Below, piece by piece: positions 28,050-37,374 of a DNA stretch of 64,000 bases. The stretch is from Leptospira biflexa. Lineage in GTDB: Bacteria; Spirochaetota; Leptospiria; Turneriellales; DYLW01. The notes beneath the pieces are model-generated. The model was not told the origin of the DNA and did no database searches. It was given only the letters and a program-made list of their open reading frames with translations. The stretch lies in NCBI GenBank assembly GCA_020721865.1, contig DYLW01000001.1, forward strand, positions 13,563 to 77,562, given 5' to 3'. Positions within the stretch are counted from its first letter, which is position 1, and each line of letters begins with the position of its first letter. Made by a program: the position numbers and the translations under genes.

Positions 28050-29521
28050 TTTATCCATAAACGGGGCAGACCCAATGCCAGGATGGGGAGTAATTCCAGA
28101 CGCCCCAACAGCATATAGAAAGATAAAATCCATTTGGCGTAATCCGGCAGAGCGGAATAATTCTGGGACGGCCCCACTTCCCCAAATCCAGGGCCAATAT
28201 TGCTGATGCAAGCCACCACCACTGAGGCAATTGTCTCAAAATTTTTCCCTGTGAGAGAAAGAAGAATAATCCCCAGGATATAAAGCAGAATATAAATAAT
28301 CACAAAAGAATTAATGGACTCCACAGTTTCTCTGGGAATCCTCATTTCCCCAAAACGAATAGTATACACCCTGGATGGATGGACAATCTGCCCAATCTGC
28401 CGAATGGCTTCTCTGGTCAGGGTCATCACCCGGATAACCTTAATACCTCCGGCGGTGGAACCCGCTGACCCGCCTATAAACATTAAAAAGAGAAGAATAA
28501 ATTTGGAAAAAGTTGGCCATTTATCAAAGTCTTCCGTGCCATATCCGGTGGTGGAAACAATGCTCAATGTGGCAAAAGAGGAATGCCGGATTATCTCCCC
28601 CAAGGAATTATAAATTTTATTTGCATATAAATCCAAAGCTATTGACAGTATGGCAAATGTAACAATGGAAAAATAAAAGCGGAATTCATAGTTTTCCCAA
28701 TATGCCCGGAAATTTCCTTTCAGTCCCTCATAATGAAGGGCAAAATTACCGCCGGCAATAAACATGAACAGGATAATCACCACTTCATAGTACAGAGCCA
28801 TGGGATGGTGAACCTTCGCGTAATGGCCAATGGAAGCATTCAGAGGAGAAAATCCCCCTGTGCCCATTGTACCAAAAGTATGGGTGGCGGATTCAAAAAT
28901 ATTCATTCCCCCTAAAAACAGAAGAAGAAATAATACAATGGTAAGAATTGTATATACATAGTATAAAATCCTGGCGGTTTCTCCAATCCGGGGGACAATC
29001 TTATCTGTGGAAGGACCGGGTGCTTCCGCAGAAAACAATTCCGTCCCTCCCCGCCCCAATGCCGGTAAGATGGCGACAGAAAGAACAACAATTCCCATCC
29101 CTCCCAACCAGTGGGTGAATGATCTCCATAGAAGAGTGGTATGTCCCAGAACTTCAATATTGGACAAAATGGAAGCTCCGGTAGTGGTAAATCCGCTCAT
29201 GCTTTCAAAATACGCATCCGTGAAGGATGGAATATCTCCGGATATATATAGCGGGAGGGCTCCAAAGAAGGCAAGGATGATCCACCCCAGCCCGGATGTG
29301 GCAAACGCCTCCCGGAATGTGATATTTTGTTTTTCCACTTTTCCGGCAGCCAATATCAGAAAAAAACCCACGAAGGCGGCAATAACGCCTGGGGTAAGGA
29401 AGAAAACACCCTGGTTTTCCAAAGGATAAATAATATATCCAACGAAAGCAAATACAAAAAAGAACCCGGACAATAAAAAAATAAGCCTTCCCAGAATGGA
29501 TGTAAGTATCGCGTAGTTCAT
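28046..29521 (-). CDS. trkH: Trk-type K+ uptake membrane subunit TrkH
   Basis: About 490 aa polytopic protein with the repeated selectivity-filter-like motifs MSGFTTTGAS, GTMGTGGFS, STTGYGT and GGSAGSTAGGIKV. Confidence 0.9.
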   Translation of the reverse strand: MNYAILTSILGRLIFLLSGFFFVFAFVGYIIYPLENQGVFFLTPGVIAAFVGFFLILAAGKVEKQNITFREAFATSGLGWIILAFFGALPLYISGDIPSFTDAYFESMSGFTTTGASILSNIEVLGHTTLLWRSFTHWLGGMGIVVLSVAILPALGRGGTELFSAEAPGPSTDKIVPRIGETARILYYVYTILTIVLFLLLFLGGMNIFESATHTFGTMGTGGFSPLNASIGHYAKVHHPMALYYEVVIILFMFIAGGNFALHYEGLKGNFRAYWENYEFRFYFSIVTFAILSIALDLYANKIYNSLGEIIRHSSFATLSIVSTTGYGTEDFDKWPTFSKFILLFLMFIGGSAGSTAGGIKVIRVMTLTREAIRQIGQIVHPSRVYTIRFGEMRIPRETVESINSFVIIYILLYILGIILLSLTGKNFETIASVVVACISNIGPGFGEVGPSQNYSALPDYAKWILSFYMLLGRLELLPILALGLPRLWIK

Positions 29522-29523
29522 AG

Positions 29524-30993
29524 TTAAAATATATCGTTTATTTTATCAATCAGGTTTCGCCTGGCAAAAATAATAATATGGTCATTGGCTTCCAGAACAG
29601 TGTTGCCTTTTGCGGGTACCATCTCTCCATTTCTAAATATTCCCACAATAATTGATTCCCGTGGCAATTCACACTCAGAGATAGGCTTACCCAGAGCCCG
29701 CCCGTTTTCCTGGAGAATGAATTCCATCAATTCAATATCATCCCCAATAGCGGAAATAACATCAAATACATTGTAATGGAAAATACGCAGTAATTTCTCC
29801 ACCAGAAGATGTTTGGGAACAATGGCTGCATCCACCGCCAGATACGGCATCAACTGGACAAATTGGGTGTCCTGGATAATGGCAATGGTTCGGGCTCCGG
29901 TTTTTTCCTTTACCATCAGGCTGCTCAGAATATTATTTTTCTCATCATTGGAAGCAGCAATAAAAATACAGTTTTCATCCAAACCCTCATCTTTCAGGAT
30001 ATCCATCCGGTCAAAATCAATGTTTAAAACCTGGATTTTTTCCCGGTAATAATCCGTAATATAATATGATCTTCGTTTATCTTTTATCAGAAGGTACACT
30101 GTTTTCCCAGAATATTTCTCAACCAGGCGTTCTGCCAGCCGCTCAGAAAAAATACCCCCGCCCAGAATAAAAATATGTTTGAAACTTTTTTTTATTTCCG
30201 GGTCAAAGATTTCCCCCACCCCATCAAAGGAATCTTTTTTACCACTGATGTACAGCAGATCTCCCGTTTTTATCACGTAGTCACCACGGGGAATCACTGT
30301 TTTGTCGATGGTCCTTTCCACTTCCACCCGATCACCCCGGAACAGGGAAAAAAAACCGGGCTTTTTCTCCTCGACAACCATATTCGTGGTCACTGCCGCC
30401 ACCAGAAGATCTTCAAATTTTTTCACATGCTGCAACCCCACCAGCCGTTTTCCGGAGAGGAGAGAATTTTCTTTTACTCTGTACACATTTATCTGGAGCC
30501 TTCCCTCATGGAGAGGAATGGTATCGATTGTCCCCGGATTCTCAATTAAGTTTTCAATTTCCCTGGTGGCAATAGCTGTCTGGTTAAATAAAAGGTCAAT
30601 CCCATTGTCTTTCCAGTAATTTTTACTGATGGGAGAATCTTCGTATTCCCGGTAAAAACTCCTGTATACTCTGGCTATAGTGGTGGGGCAGCCATGGGCT
30701 CGGGCCATCTGGCAGGCCAGAATATTAACCTCATCATAGTTGGTCACGGCAATGAGCATATCATCGCGAGTAAACTGCAATTTGGAAAGAAGAGACGGAT
30801 CGCAGCCATGGCCATGGATAAAGGAGGCATCCACACTTTTCGCCTGTTCCCGGATGGTCTCATCTTCATCCACTAATATCACATTAAAACCCTCATCACT
30901 CAGTCTGCCAACCAGATACATCCCAATCTGGCCTGCTCCGATGACAATGATTCTCTTGGGGGGAGAGTTTCTGATCTTATTGCCAGAGTCCAT
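29524..30993 (-). CDS. trkA: Trk system NAD-binding subunit TrkA (tandem RCK domains)
   Basis: Two Rossmann RCK_N units (IIVIGAGQIGMYLVGRL; IFILGGGIFSERLAERL), each followed by an RCK_C-like segment. Confidence 0.9.
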   Translation of the reverse strand: MDSGNKIRNSPPKRIIVIGAGQIGMYLVGRLSDEGFNVILVDEDETIREQAKSVDASFIHGHGCDPSLLSKLQFTRDDMLIAVTNYDEVNILACQMARAHGCPTTIARVYRSFYREYEDSPISKNYWKDNGIDLLFNQTAIATREIENLIENPGTIDTIPLHEGRLQINVYRVKENSLLSGKRLVGLQHVKKFEDLLVAAVTTNMVVEEKKPGFFSLFRGDRVEVERTIDKTVIPRGDYVIKTGDLLYISGKKDSFDGVGEIFDPEIKKSFKHIFILGGGIFSERLAERLVEKYSGKTVYLLIKDKRRSYYITDYYREKIQVLNIDFDRMDILKDEGLDENCIFIAASNDEKNNILSSLMVKEKTGARTIAIIQDTQFVQLMPYLAVDAAIVPKHLLVEKLLRIFHYNVFDVISAIGDDIELMEFILQENGRALGKPISECELPRESIIVGIFRNGEMVPAKGNTVLEANDHIIIFARRNLIDKINDIF

Positions 30994-30996
30994 AGC

Positions 30997-31305
30997 CTAT
31001 TGAACATGCCTCCGCTGTAATTCCCGGGAAACATCTTCCCATGTTATCCCAATTTCAGCAAAAGCCACGGTCAAATGGTAAATAAGATCGGCCGCTTCCG
31101 ACACTGCCCGATTTTGTGAGTCCGGATAATTATTTTCCCGCAAATTTTTCGCATCCAGAATAAATTCCACACTTTCTTCACCCACCTTCTGGAGAATTTT
31201 ATCCACCCCTTTCTGAAAAAGCCGGGTAGTGTACGAGCCTTCCGGCATTTCCCGTTTTCTCTGGTGAATGATTTTTTCCAGAGTGATAACAAACAAGTCA
31301 TCCAT
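30997..31305 (-). CDS. hisE: Phosphoribosyl-ATP pyrophosphohydrolase (stand-alone HisE)
   Basis: SYTTRLFQKGVDKILQKVGEESVEFILD..SEAADLIYHLTVAFAEIGITWEDV is the typical HisE/MazG-type helix pair. About 100 aa. Confidence 0.85.
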   Translation of the reverse strand: MDDLFVITLEKIIHQRKREMPEGSYTTRLFQKGVDKILQKVGEESVEFILDAKNLRENNYPDSQNRAVSEAADLIYHLTVAFAEIGITWEDVSRELQRRHVQ

Positions 31306-31335
31306 AATCCATTGGCTTATTAAATCACATATTGT

Positions 31336-32448
31336 CTATCCATTATCATTGTTCTCCCGCATTATATTCAGAAGAATACCAAACATGGCACAATACACCA
31401 GAAGAGATGTCCCCCCATAGCTCATGAAGGGCATATTGATTCCCGTGGTGGGCACCAGTCCCATGGTAACGGCAATATTGATGGTTACCTGAAAAGCAAA
31501 AATCAAAATGATACCGCTACCCAGGAGCCGCCCAAAATTCTCTTCTATGGACGATATCAAATACAAGGAGTAGAGAATAATTCCCAGATAGGCTGCATAA
31601 AGAATAAAAATTCCGGCAAATCCCAGGTCTTCCGCAACCACAGACAGGATAAAATCGGTATGGCGGGCGGACAGATTATGCCGGCGGATTCCCTCTCCCA
31701 ATCCCTGCCCGAATACACCTCCGGCCTCAAAAGACTGGAAAGAGGCAATCAACTGGTATGCTCCTTCATAGCGATAACGGATGGGATCAATAAACGCTTT
31801 AATTCTATCCCAACGGTAGGGGACCTGCACCACTCCATAATAAATAACGGGAAAAGAGGTTATGATTGTTAAAAAAATATAAACCAGTGGGAAGTCTGTT
31901 AAAAAAAGCAAAGCCAGAATAACAATGCCAAAATGGAAAGCGGTACTGAAATCCGGTTCCAAAAAAATTAGTCCAACAGGAAGCATCGCTAACAGAAAAG
32001 TCAAGGCGGTTCGTTTAATCCCCTGAAAATTATTGTTAGAATACAGCCGTGTCAGAAGCACAACAACGGCAAAACGGGCCAGATCGGAAGGCTGTATGGA
32101 AATTATCCCCAGATTAATCCATCGGCTGGCCCCGCCCGCTTTTTTTCCCAACCCCGGAACAAAAACCAGAGTAAGCAGAAGAATCGAGATCATATAAATG
32201 GGCCAGGCAAACTCCTTCCATTTCATATAATGAACTCTGCTCAGAAAAAAAAGAAGCCCCAAACCCATCAAAGCAAACAATGCCTGTTTTTTCAGATAAT
32301 AATACGGATCCCCAAATTCCTGTCTGGCCAGAAAGGAAGAGGATGCAAGGAGAACATTCAATCCCAAAAACAGAAGGAATATAATGAAACCGAATAAAAT
32401 ATAATTACTCTTTTTTTCGGAATGCAATCTATCTGCAATATAATCCAT
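31336..32448 (-). CDS. SEDS-family peptidoglycan glycosyltransferase (RodA/FtsW)
   Basis: About 10-TM protein with SEDS blocks (INLGIISIQPSDLARF, HTDFILSVVAEDLGFAG, GINMPFMSYGGTSLL). No neighbouring pbp or mur gene helps decide between RodA and FtsW. Confidence 0.85.
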   Translation of the reverse strand: MDYIADRLHSEKKSNYILFGFIIFLLFLGLNVLLASSSFLARQEFGDPYYYLKKQALFALMGLGLLFFLSRVHYMKWKEFAWPIYMISILLLTLVFVPGLGKKAGGASRWINLGIISIQPSDLARFAVVVLLTRLYSNNNFQGIKRTALTFLLAMLPVGLIFLEPDFSTAFHFGIVILALLFLTDFPLVYIFLTIITSFPVIYYGVVQVPYRWDRIKAFIDPIRYRYEGAYQLIASFQSFEAGGVFGQGLGEGIRRHNLSARHTDFILSVVAEDLGFAGIFILYAAYLGIILYSLYLISSIEENFGRLLGSGIILIFAFQVTINIAVTMGLVPTTGINMPFMSYGGTSLLVYCAMFGILLNIMRENNDNG

Positions 32449-32456
32449 TTTTGCCT

Positions 32457-33539
32457 TCAGAACCCGCCCGCACTTTTCAGCTTGATTTCCTTTTCGGCCA
32501 GAAAAAGTGCTTGGAATAAATCATCCATATTCCCCGCCAATATTCCATCCAAATTATGGGAAGTAAAATGAATTCGGTGGTCAGTGAGCCGATTCTGGGG
32601 GAAATTATAGGTACGTATCTTTTCAGACCGGTCACCGGAACCAATCTGCATTTTCTTTTCTGCGGACATTTTCTCATGGGATTCCTCTTTGATTTTTTCC
32701 TGTAAACGGGCATTCAGTATCCGCAAAGCCTTTGCCTTATTTTTATGCTGGGATTTTTCATCCTGGCAGGAAACGACCAGACCAGTCGGGATATGCGTTA
32801 CCCGGACAGCAGAATCCGTTGTGTTCACAGACTGACCACCCGGACCGGAGGAGCGGTAGACATCAATCCGGAGTTCATTGGGTTCAATAACCATCTCTTG
32901 TTCATCCGCCTCCGGAACCACCGCAACGGTGACAGCGGAAGTATGGATTCTTCCTCCGGATTCTGTCTCCGGTATCCTCTGCACCCGATGAGTGCCTTTT
33001 TCAAAATGAAAATAATTATAGGCCTGCTCCCCCTTAACCAGAAACACGACCTCTTTAAAACCTTTTAAACCCGTCTCCTGGATGTCCATCACTTCATAGG
33101 GAATTTTATTGCTCTCCATAAACCGTGTATACATTTTGTATAAATCCGCCGCAAAAAGAGCTGCTTCTTCTCCACCGGTTCCTGCCCGGATTTCTACAAA
33201 AACATTTTTTCCGGAATCCGGATCCTGGGGAAGCATCAGGATTTTTATATCTTCTTCCAGATGTTCCATGCTCTGCTCCAGATGATCAATTTCTTCTAAA
33301 AGCATATTTTTCAGTTCGGAGTCCTTTTCCAGAGATATCTGGTCTTTGAGTGCTTTTTTTTGCTTTGCACTTTCCTGGATTTCGCGTATCTTCTCCACTA
33401 ATGGCTGCAATTGGTTTCGTTTGCGGGAAAGTTCAATCATCCGGTTGTTATCCCGCGATGTCTCCGGCATGGATAATTCGCTCACAATCTCATCATAAGC
33501 ATTCAGAATTTCATCGTATCTGCGCTCATCCTCGTGCAT
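32457..33539 (-). CDS. prfA: Peptide chain release factor 1
   Basis: GGQ motif (SGPGGQSVNTTDSAVR) and an RF1-type PxT tripeptide context (RIPETESGGRIHTSA). No frameshift site, which is as expected for RF1. Confidence 0.92.
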   Translation of the reverse strand: MHEDERRYDEILNAYDEIVSELSMPETSRDNNRMIELSRKRNQLQPLVEKIREIQESAKQKKALKDQISLEKDSELKNMLLEEIDHLEQSMEHLEEDIKILMLPQDPDSGKNVFVEIRAGTGGEEAALFAADLYKMYTRFMESNKIPYEVMDIQETGLKGFKEVVFLVKGEQAYNYFHFEKGTHRVQRIPETESGGRIHTSAVTVAVVPEADEQEMVIEPNELRIDVYRSSGPGGQSVNTTDSAVRVTHIPTGLVVSCQDEKSQHKNKAKALRILNARLQEKIKEESHEKMSAEKKMQIGSGDRSEKIRTYNFPQNRLTDHRIHFTSHNLDGILAGNMDDLFQALFLAEKEIKLKSAGGF

Positions 33540-33580
33540 TGGGCAATCTTAAGATAGGAAACGGGCAATCAATTCTTTTG

Positions 33581-35488
33581 CTACAGCCGGAAGAAGTCCA
33601 CCGCTTTTTTCAGTTCCTTTGCTTTCTCAACCAAAGTCATGGCGGTGGCGGAAAGCTCTTCTGATGCGGAGGCAGTAGTCCGGGTGGTGGTGTTCAATTG
33701 TTCCATCCCGATATTGACCTCACTGACACCATGAAGCTGCTCCCGGGAAGACGTTTTAATGGCCTCCACATTTACCGCCGTATCCCCGGAGGCAGGAATA
33801 ATGGCCATGATATCATTCCCAGTGGTTTCCGCCACGGACACACTGGAATGGGCCAGCTCGCTGATTTCTTTGGAGGCATGGGAAGCCTCATCGGCCAGTT
33901 TATTGATCTCATTGGCCACCACGGCAAACCCCTTCCCCATTTCTCCGGAACGGGCAGCTTCTATGGTAGCGTTCAGAGCCAGAAGATTGGTCTGCTCGGC
34001 TATGCTTTTAATAATGCCGATTTTTTCTGAAATTTTCAGAAGAGCATCCAGAGATCGTTTCACGGATTCCCCTCCGGCTTTTGCCAGATTGGAAGACCGT
34101 GCAGCCAGGGCATTGGTTTCGTTTGCTTTATCCAGATTGGATGAAATATTTTCCTCAATGTTAGATAAAGTGGCAGAAATCTCCTCCACACTGGCCGCCT
34201 GTTCGGAAGCACTCTGGGAAAGTCTCTGGCTGGTGGCCTCAATTTCCGATGAGAAGGACAACACCTCTTCCGTATTTTTTATTATGGAAGAAATAGTGTC
34301 CTTCAATATTTCCGCCGTTTTCAAGATTTTATTCACAATTTTTCCGATTTCATCATCATTGAATTGGACATCCAGAGTAAAAGACAAATCTCCGGAAGAT
34401 ATTGAATCGGCCACTTCCACGGCATGAGCCAGAGGCCGAAAGATCATTTTACGAAAAACAAACCGGATAATCAGAAAAACAAAAAGGACGGAGATTATTA
34501 ACAAAACCGGAATCAATACCAGAAGCAGATTCATTTCCCGCTGCCCATCAGAAAAATCCCGGAAAAAAATCCCATAACCAATGATCTTTTTTTCATAATC
34601 CTCTATTGGGAAAATGGAAATAAAATAATTTTCCACAATAGTATGGTTTACCCCGGAATTAAATAAATTGGCCTCTAATTTTTCCGCAATATTCAGAAAT
34701 AATTCCCTATTCGTGGAGGACACAAAAACCATATTTCCCAAAACTGGATTTTTTTCCGGATTCCGCAGTTGATCCGCTACGGAAAGAAATTCCTTTCTCA
34801 TAACCACACTCAGAGTTTCTTTTTCTGAATACTGGATTTTTTGGAAAATTCCATCAAAAGAACCCAACACTTCCACCGTGCCGATTATCTTATTCCCATC
34901 CACGATGGGGCATATCCCACGGATGGCAAATCCATCATTGCCTATTTCAATGCCCTTGATATCCCTCATCTTTCCGGAAGTAATATCCAGGATGGTCTGG
35001 CGAAATCCACGCAAATCATCGGAAATATCCATCCATTTCCCATTTTTTCTGATCTGCTTATCCCGCCACAGACGCACCAGGCTTCGGGCCGGGGGCAGAT
35101 GAAAATGAAGATTCAGCTTCTCCCCTTCCGAAGCCTCAAACTCATCCATATTTTTTTTCAGTGACTTCCGGAGCATCTCCCGGGCAGCCTGGGATTGGGG
35201 AGAGTTTTCATCATTAATATTTCCGGAATACGCCATTTTATACGCCGGAAGAACCGATCTTTCTGTGGAATAAAACAATGCCTGAAGATAACTGGAGTGT
35301 GCAGTCTGCTGGATAAAATGACGGATTTCTTCAATTTTGAGATTATTCAAAGCCTTTGCTTCATTGTCCAATCGTTTACCAATATGAATGAGAAGGAAAA
35401 AAGCGAACAAGGTAAACATGACCAAACTCAGGACAATCACAAAAACAAGGATTTTAATTTCAATGGATTTATTAAATAGTTTTTTCAT
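33581..35488 (-). CDS. Methyl-accepting chemotaxis protein with a Cache-type periplasmic sensor and HAMP
   Basis: ATG 35488 gives [19 protein letters not shown].. (TM1). Sensor block [32 protein letters not shown], then TM2, HAMP and the MCP hairpin ([32 protein letters not shown]). The ORF-track start 35644 runs into the divergent STAS gene. Confidence 0.9.
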   Translation of the reverse strand: MKKLFNKSIEIKILVFVIVLSLVMFTLFAFFLLIHIGKRLDNEAKALNNLKIEEIRHFIQQTAHSSYLQALFYSTERSVLPAYKMAYSGNINDENSPQSQAAREMLRKSLKKNMDEFEASEGEKLNLHFHLPPARSLVRLWRDKQIRKNGKWMDISDDLRGFRQTILDITSGKMRDIKGIEIGNDGFAIRGICPIVDGNKIIGTVEVLGSFDGIFQKIQYSEKETLSVVMRKEFLSVADQLRNPEKNPVLGNMVFVSSTNRELFLNIAEKLEANLFNSGVNHTIVENYFISIFPIEDYEKKIIGYGIFFRDFSDGQREMNLLLVLIPVLLIISVLFVFLIIRFVFRKMIFRPLAHAVEVADSISSGDLSFTLDVQFNDDEIGKIVNKILKTAEILKDTISSIIKNTEEVLSFSSEIEATSQRLSQSASEQAASVEEISATLSNIEENISSNLDKANETNALAARSSNLAKAGGESVKRSLDALLKISEKIGIIKSIAEQTNLLALNATIEAARSGEMGKGFAVVANEINKLADEASHASKEISELAHSSVSVAETTGNDIMAIIPASGDTAVNVEAIKTSSREQLHGVSEVNIGMEQLNTTTRTTASASEELSATAMTLVEKAKELKKAVDFFRL

Positions 35489-35611
35489 TCTTGGCGATTT
35501 CCGTTCGACGGAATATAATGGCCATTCAATTGATAAAGCAAATTTTAATAAAATCAGGAGAATAGTGAAAATAAATTGACACCTTGTGCGGAAAAAATAA
35601 TCGTATGAACG

Positions 35612-35938
35612 ATGGAGATAAAAACAAGGGATCTGGGACAGCATAAGGTTCTCATTGTAACGGGAGACATTGATTTATATAATGTGGGTCAACTGAAAAA
35701 AGCCATTTTTAACCTGCTGGATGAAGAAGATATTGAGTCTCTGGTTGTGGACATGAGTGGTATTAATTACATGGACTCCTCCGGGGTGGGGGCTCTGGTG
35801 GCTGGACAGAAAAAAGTAAAATCCCAAGGCGGAAAATTCGCCCTGCTGAGTATCAGAGAAGACGTACTCAATATTCTGAAACTGGCCACTCTGGACCAGT
35901 TTTTTACCATATACGAAAACGAAACGGATATTAAATAA
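35612..35938 (+). CDS. STAS-domain anti-sigma-factor antagonist (SpoIIAA/RsbV-like)
   Basis: About 108 aa. [19 protein letters not shown] carries the conserved phosphorylatable Ser in the DSSG context. Confidence 0.85.
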   Translation: MEIKTRDLGQHKVLIVTGDIDLYNVGQLKKAIFNLLDEEDIESLVVDMSGINYMDSSGVGALVAGQKKVKSQGGKFALLSIREDVLNILKLATLDQFFTIYENETDIK

Positions 35939-35941
35939 CCA

Positions 35942-37012
35942 TTGACCGGTCATAAAATCACAGTTCAAAACATAGCCCTTGTTTTTGGCGGGGTTTCCGG
36001 AGAGCATGAGGTTTCTCTGGTGTCTGCCAGGTTTCTGGCAGAAAATATTATAAAGAATCATTATCAAGTCTATTATCTGTACATTGATAAATCCGGTGTC
36101 TGGCACCATGTAGCCACAATACCGGAAAGCCCGGAGGCAGCAGAAAAAAATCCGGTCTCTCTGAACCTGGCCGATGGGAGCATTACGGACGGAAAGAAGT
36201 TCACCTTTACACCGGACTTTTTTTTCCCGGCCATCCATGGAACCAACGGCGAAGACGGAACCCTGCAAGGACTTCTGGAAATTCTGGATAAACCATACGC
36301 AGGAAATGGGGTCTTTGCGTCCGCTGCCTGCATGGACAAGGGACACTTTCATCGGTTAATGGTGAATCAAGAAATTCCCCAAGTGGCTTATGCCATTCTG
36401 GACAAAAATAATCAGAATAAATATATCCTTCCCGATTTTCCCTTCCCCTGGTTTGTAAAGCCAGCCAATATGGGTAGCTCCGTGGGAGTTCATAAAATAA
36501 AAAACCCGGAAGAAGCTCTCCCCAAAATTCTGGATGCCTTCCAGTATGATGACCATTTGGTCATTGAGAGGGGGTATCGCGTCCGGGAGATTGAGTTTTC
36601 CATATTGGGAAATTATCCGGAGTACCGTGTTTCCATTGCCGGTGAAATTATCCCATCCCATGAGTTTTACTCCTACGAAGCCAAATACAAAGATCCAGGC
36701 GGGGCAAAGCTGGTTGTCCCCGCTCCCCTGTCCCCGGAAATCCTTCGGGCGATGCAGGACACAGCCAAGGACGCATTCCGGGCTGTCCGGGGCGATGGTT
36801 TTGCACGGGTGGATTTTTTTATCGATGCGGACACAGGGGATTATTATTTGAATGAAATTAATACTATCCCCGGTTTTACTCCCATCAGTATGTTCCCGCA
36901 ACTGTGGAACCATTCCGGATTGAAACCGGAGGATCTGGTGAACGACATCATTCTGCTGGGAATTCAAAAATGGGAACAGAAAAAAAACCTGAAAACAGAT
37001 TTTCAGAATTAA
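35942..37012 (+). CDS. ddl: D-alanine--D-alanine ligase
   Basis: FGGVSGEHEVSLVSA, HGTNGEDGTLQGLLE, ATP-grasp blocks (FVKPANMGSSVGV) and the C-terminal EINTIPGFT. TTG start 3 nt after the STAS stop. Confidence 0.92.
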   Translation: MTGHKITVQNIALVFGGVSGEHEVSLVSARFLAENIIKNHYQVYYLYIDKSGVWHHVATIPESPEAAEKNPVSLNLADGSITDGKKFTFTPDFFFPAIHGTNGEDGTLQGLLEILDKPYAGNGVFASAACMDKGHFHRLMVNQEIPQVAYAILDKNNQNKYILPDFPFPWFVKPANMGSSVGVHKIKNPEEALPKILDAFQYDDHLVIERGYRVREIEFSILGNYPEYRVSIAGEIIPSHEFYSYEAKYKDPGGAKLVVPAPLSPEILRAMQDTAKDAFRAVRGDGFARVDFFIDADTGDYYLNEINTIPGFTPISMFPQLWNHSGLKPEDLVNDIILLGIQKWEQKKNLKTDFQN

Positions 37013-37353
37013 AGTATACCCTGTCGTACCATTATTACCCATCGGCCAAAGAAAGTCATAAAGAAGGTCATTTTGATCTGTTTTTCTATCTGGATTCCTG
37101 GGATAACCTGCTCCACTACAAAGCCCCCACTGACCACTACCGGACGCTTATCCGATTCTGGAAGGGAAAACCCCACCGGGGGGTGTACCGGGATTACTCC
37201 GGTCCAATCTCTGGGCAGAGAGGACGGATCCGGGTGCTGCAAAAGGGCATTCTATCCTTTCCTGAAGAATTCCCTGAGGACTTTGCGGCATCCATTACAC
37301 CGGACGGTATCCGGATTCTTTGGGAAAAACCACAAATGGCTTTACCGAATTAA
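36970..37353 (+). CDS. Small LigD_N (3'-phosphoesterase-like) family protein; start uncertain
   Basis: HKEGHFDLFF..(30 aa)..KPHRGVYRDYSGPISGQRGRIRVLQKG resembles the HxDLxx ... HRxxYLxYEGxxSxxRGxV pattern of stand-alone LigD_N-domain proteins (from memory). The only ATG (36970) overlaps the ddl 3' end by 43 nt in another frame. Confidence 0.5.
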   Translation: MGTEKKPENRFSELKYTLSYHYYPSAKESHKEGHFDLFFYLDSWDNLLHYKAPTDHYRTLIRFWKGKPHRGVYRDYSGPISGQRGRIRVLQKGILSFPEEFPEDFAASITPDGIRILWEKPQMALPN

Positions 37354-37374
37354 ACCATAATACAGGATGGAATT

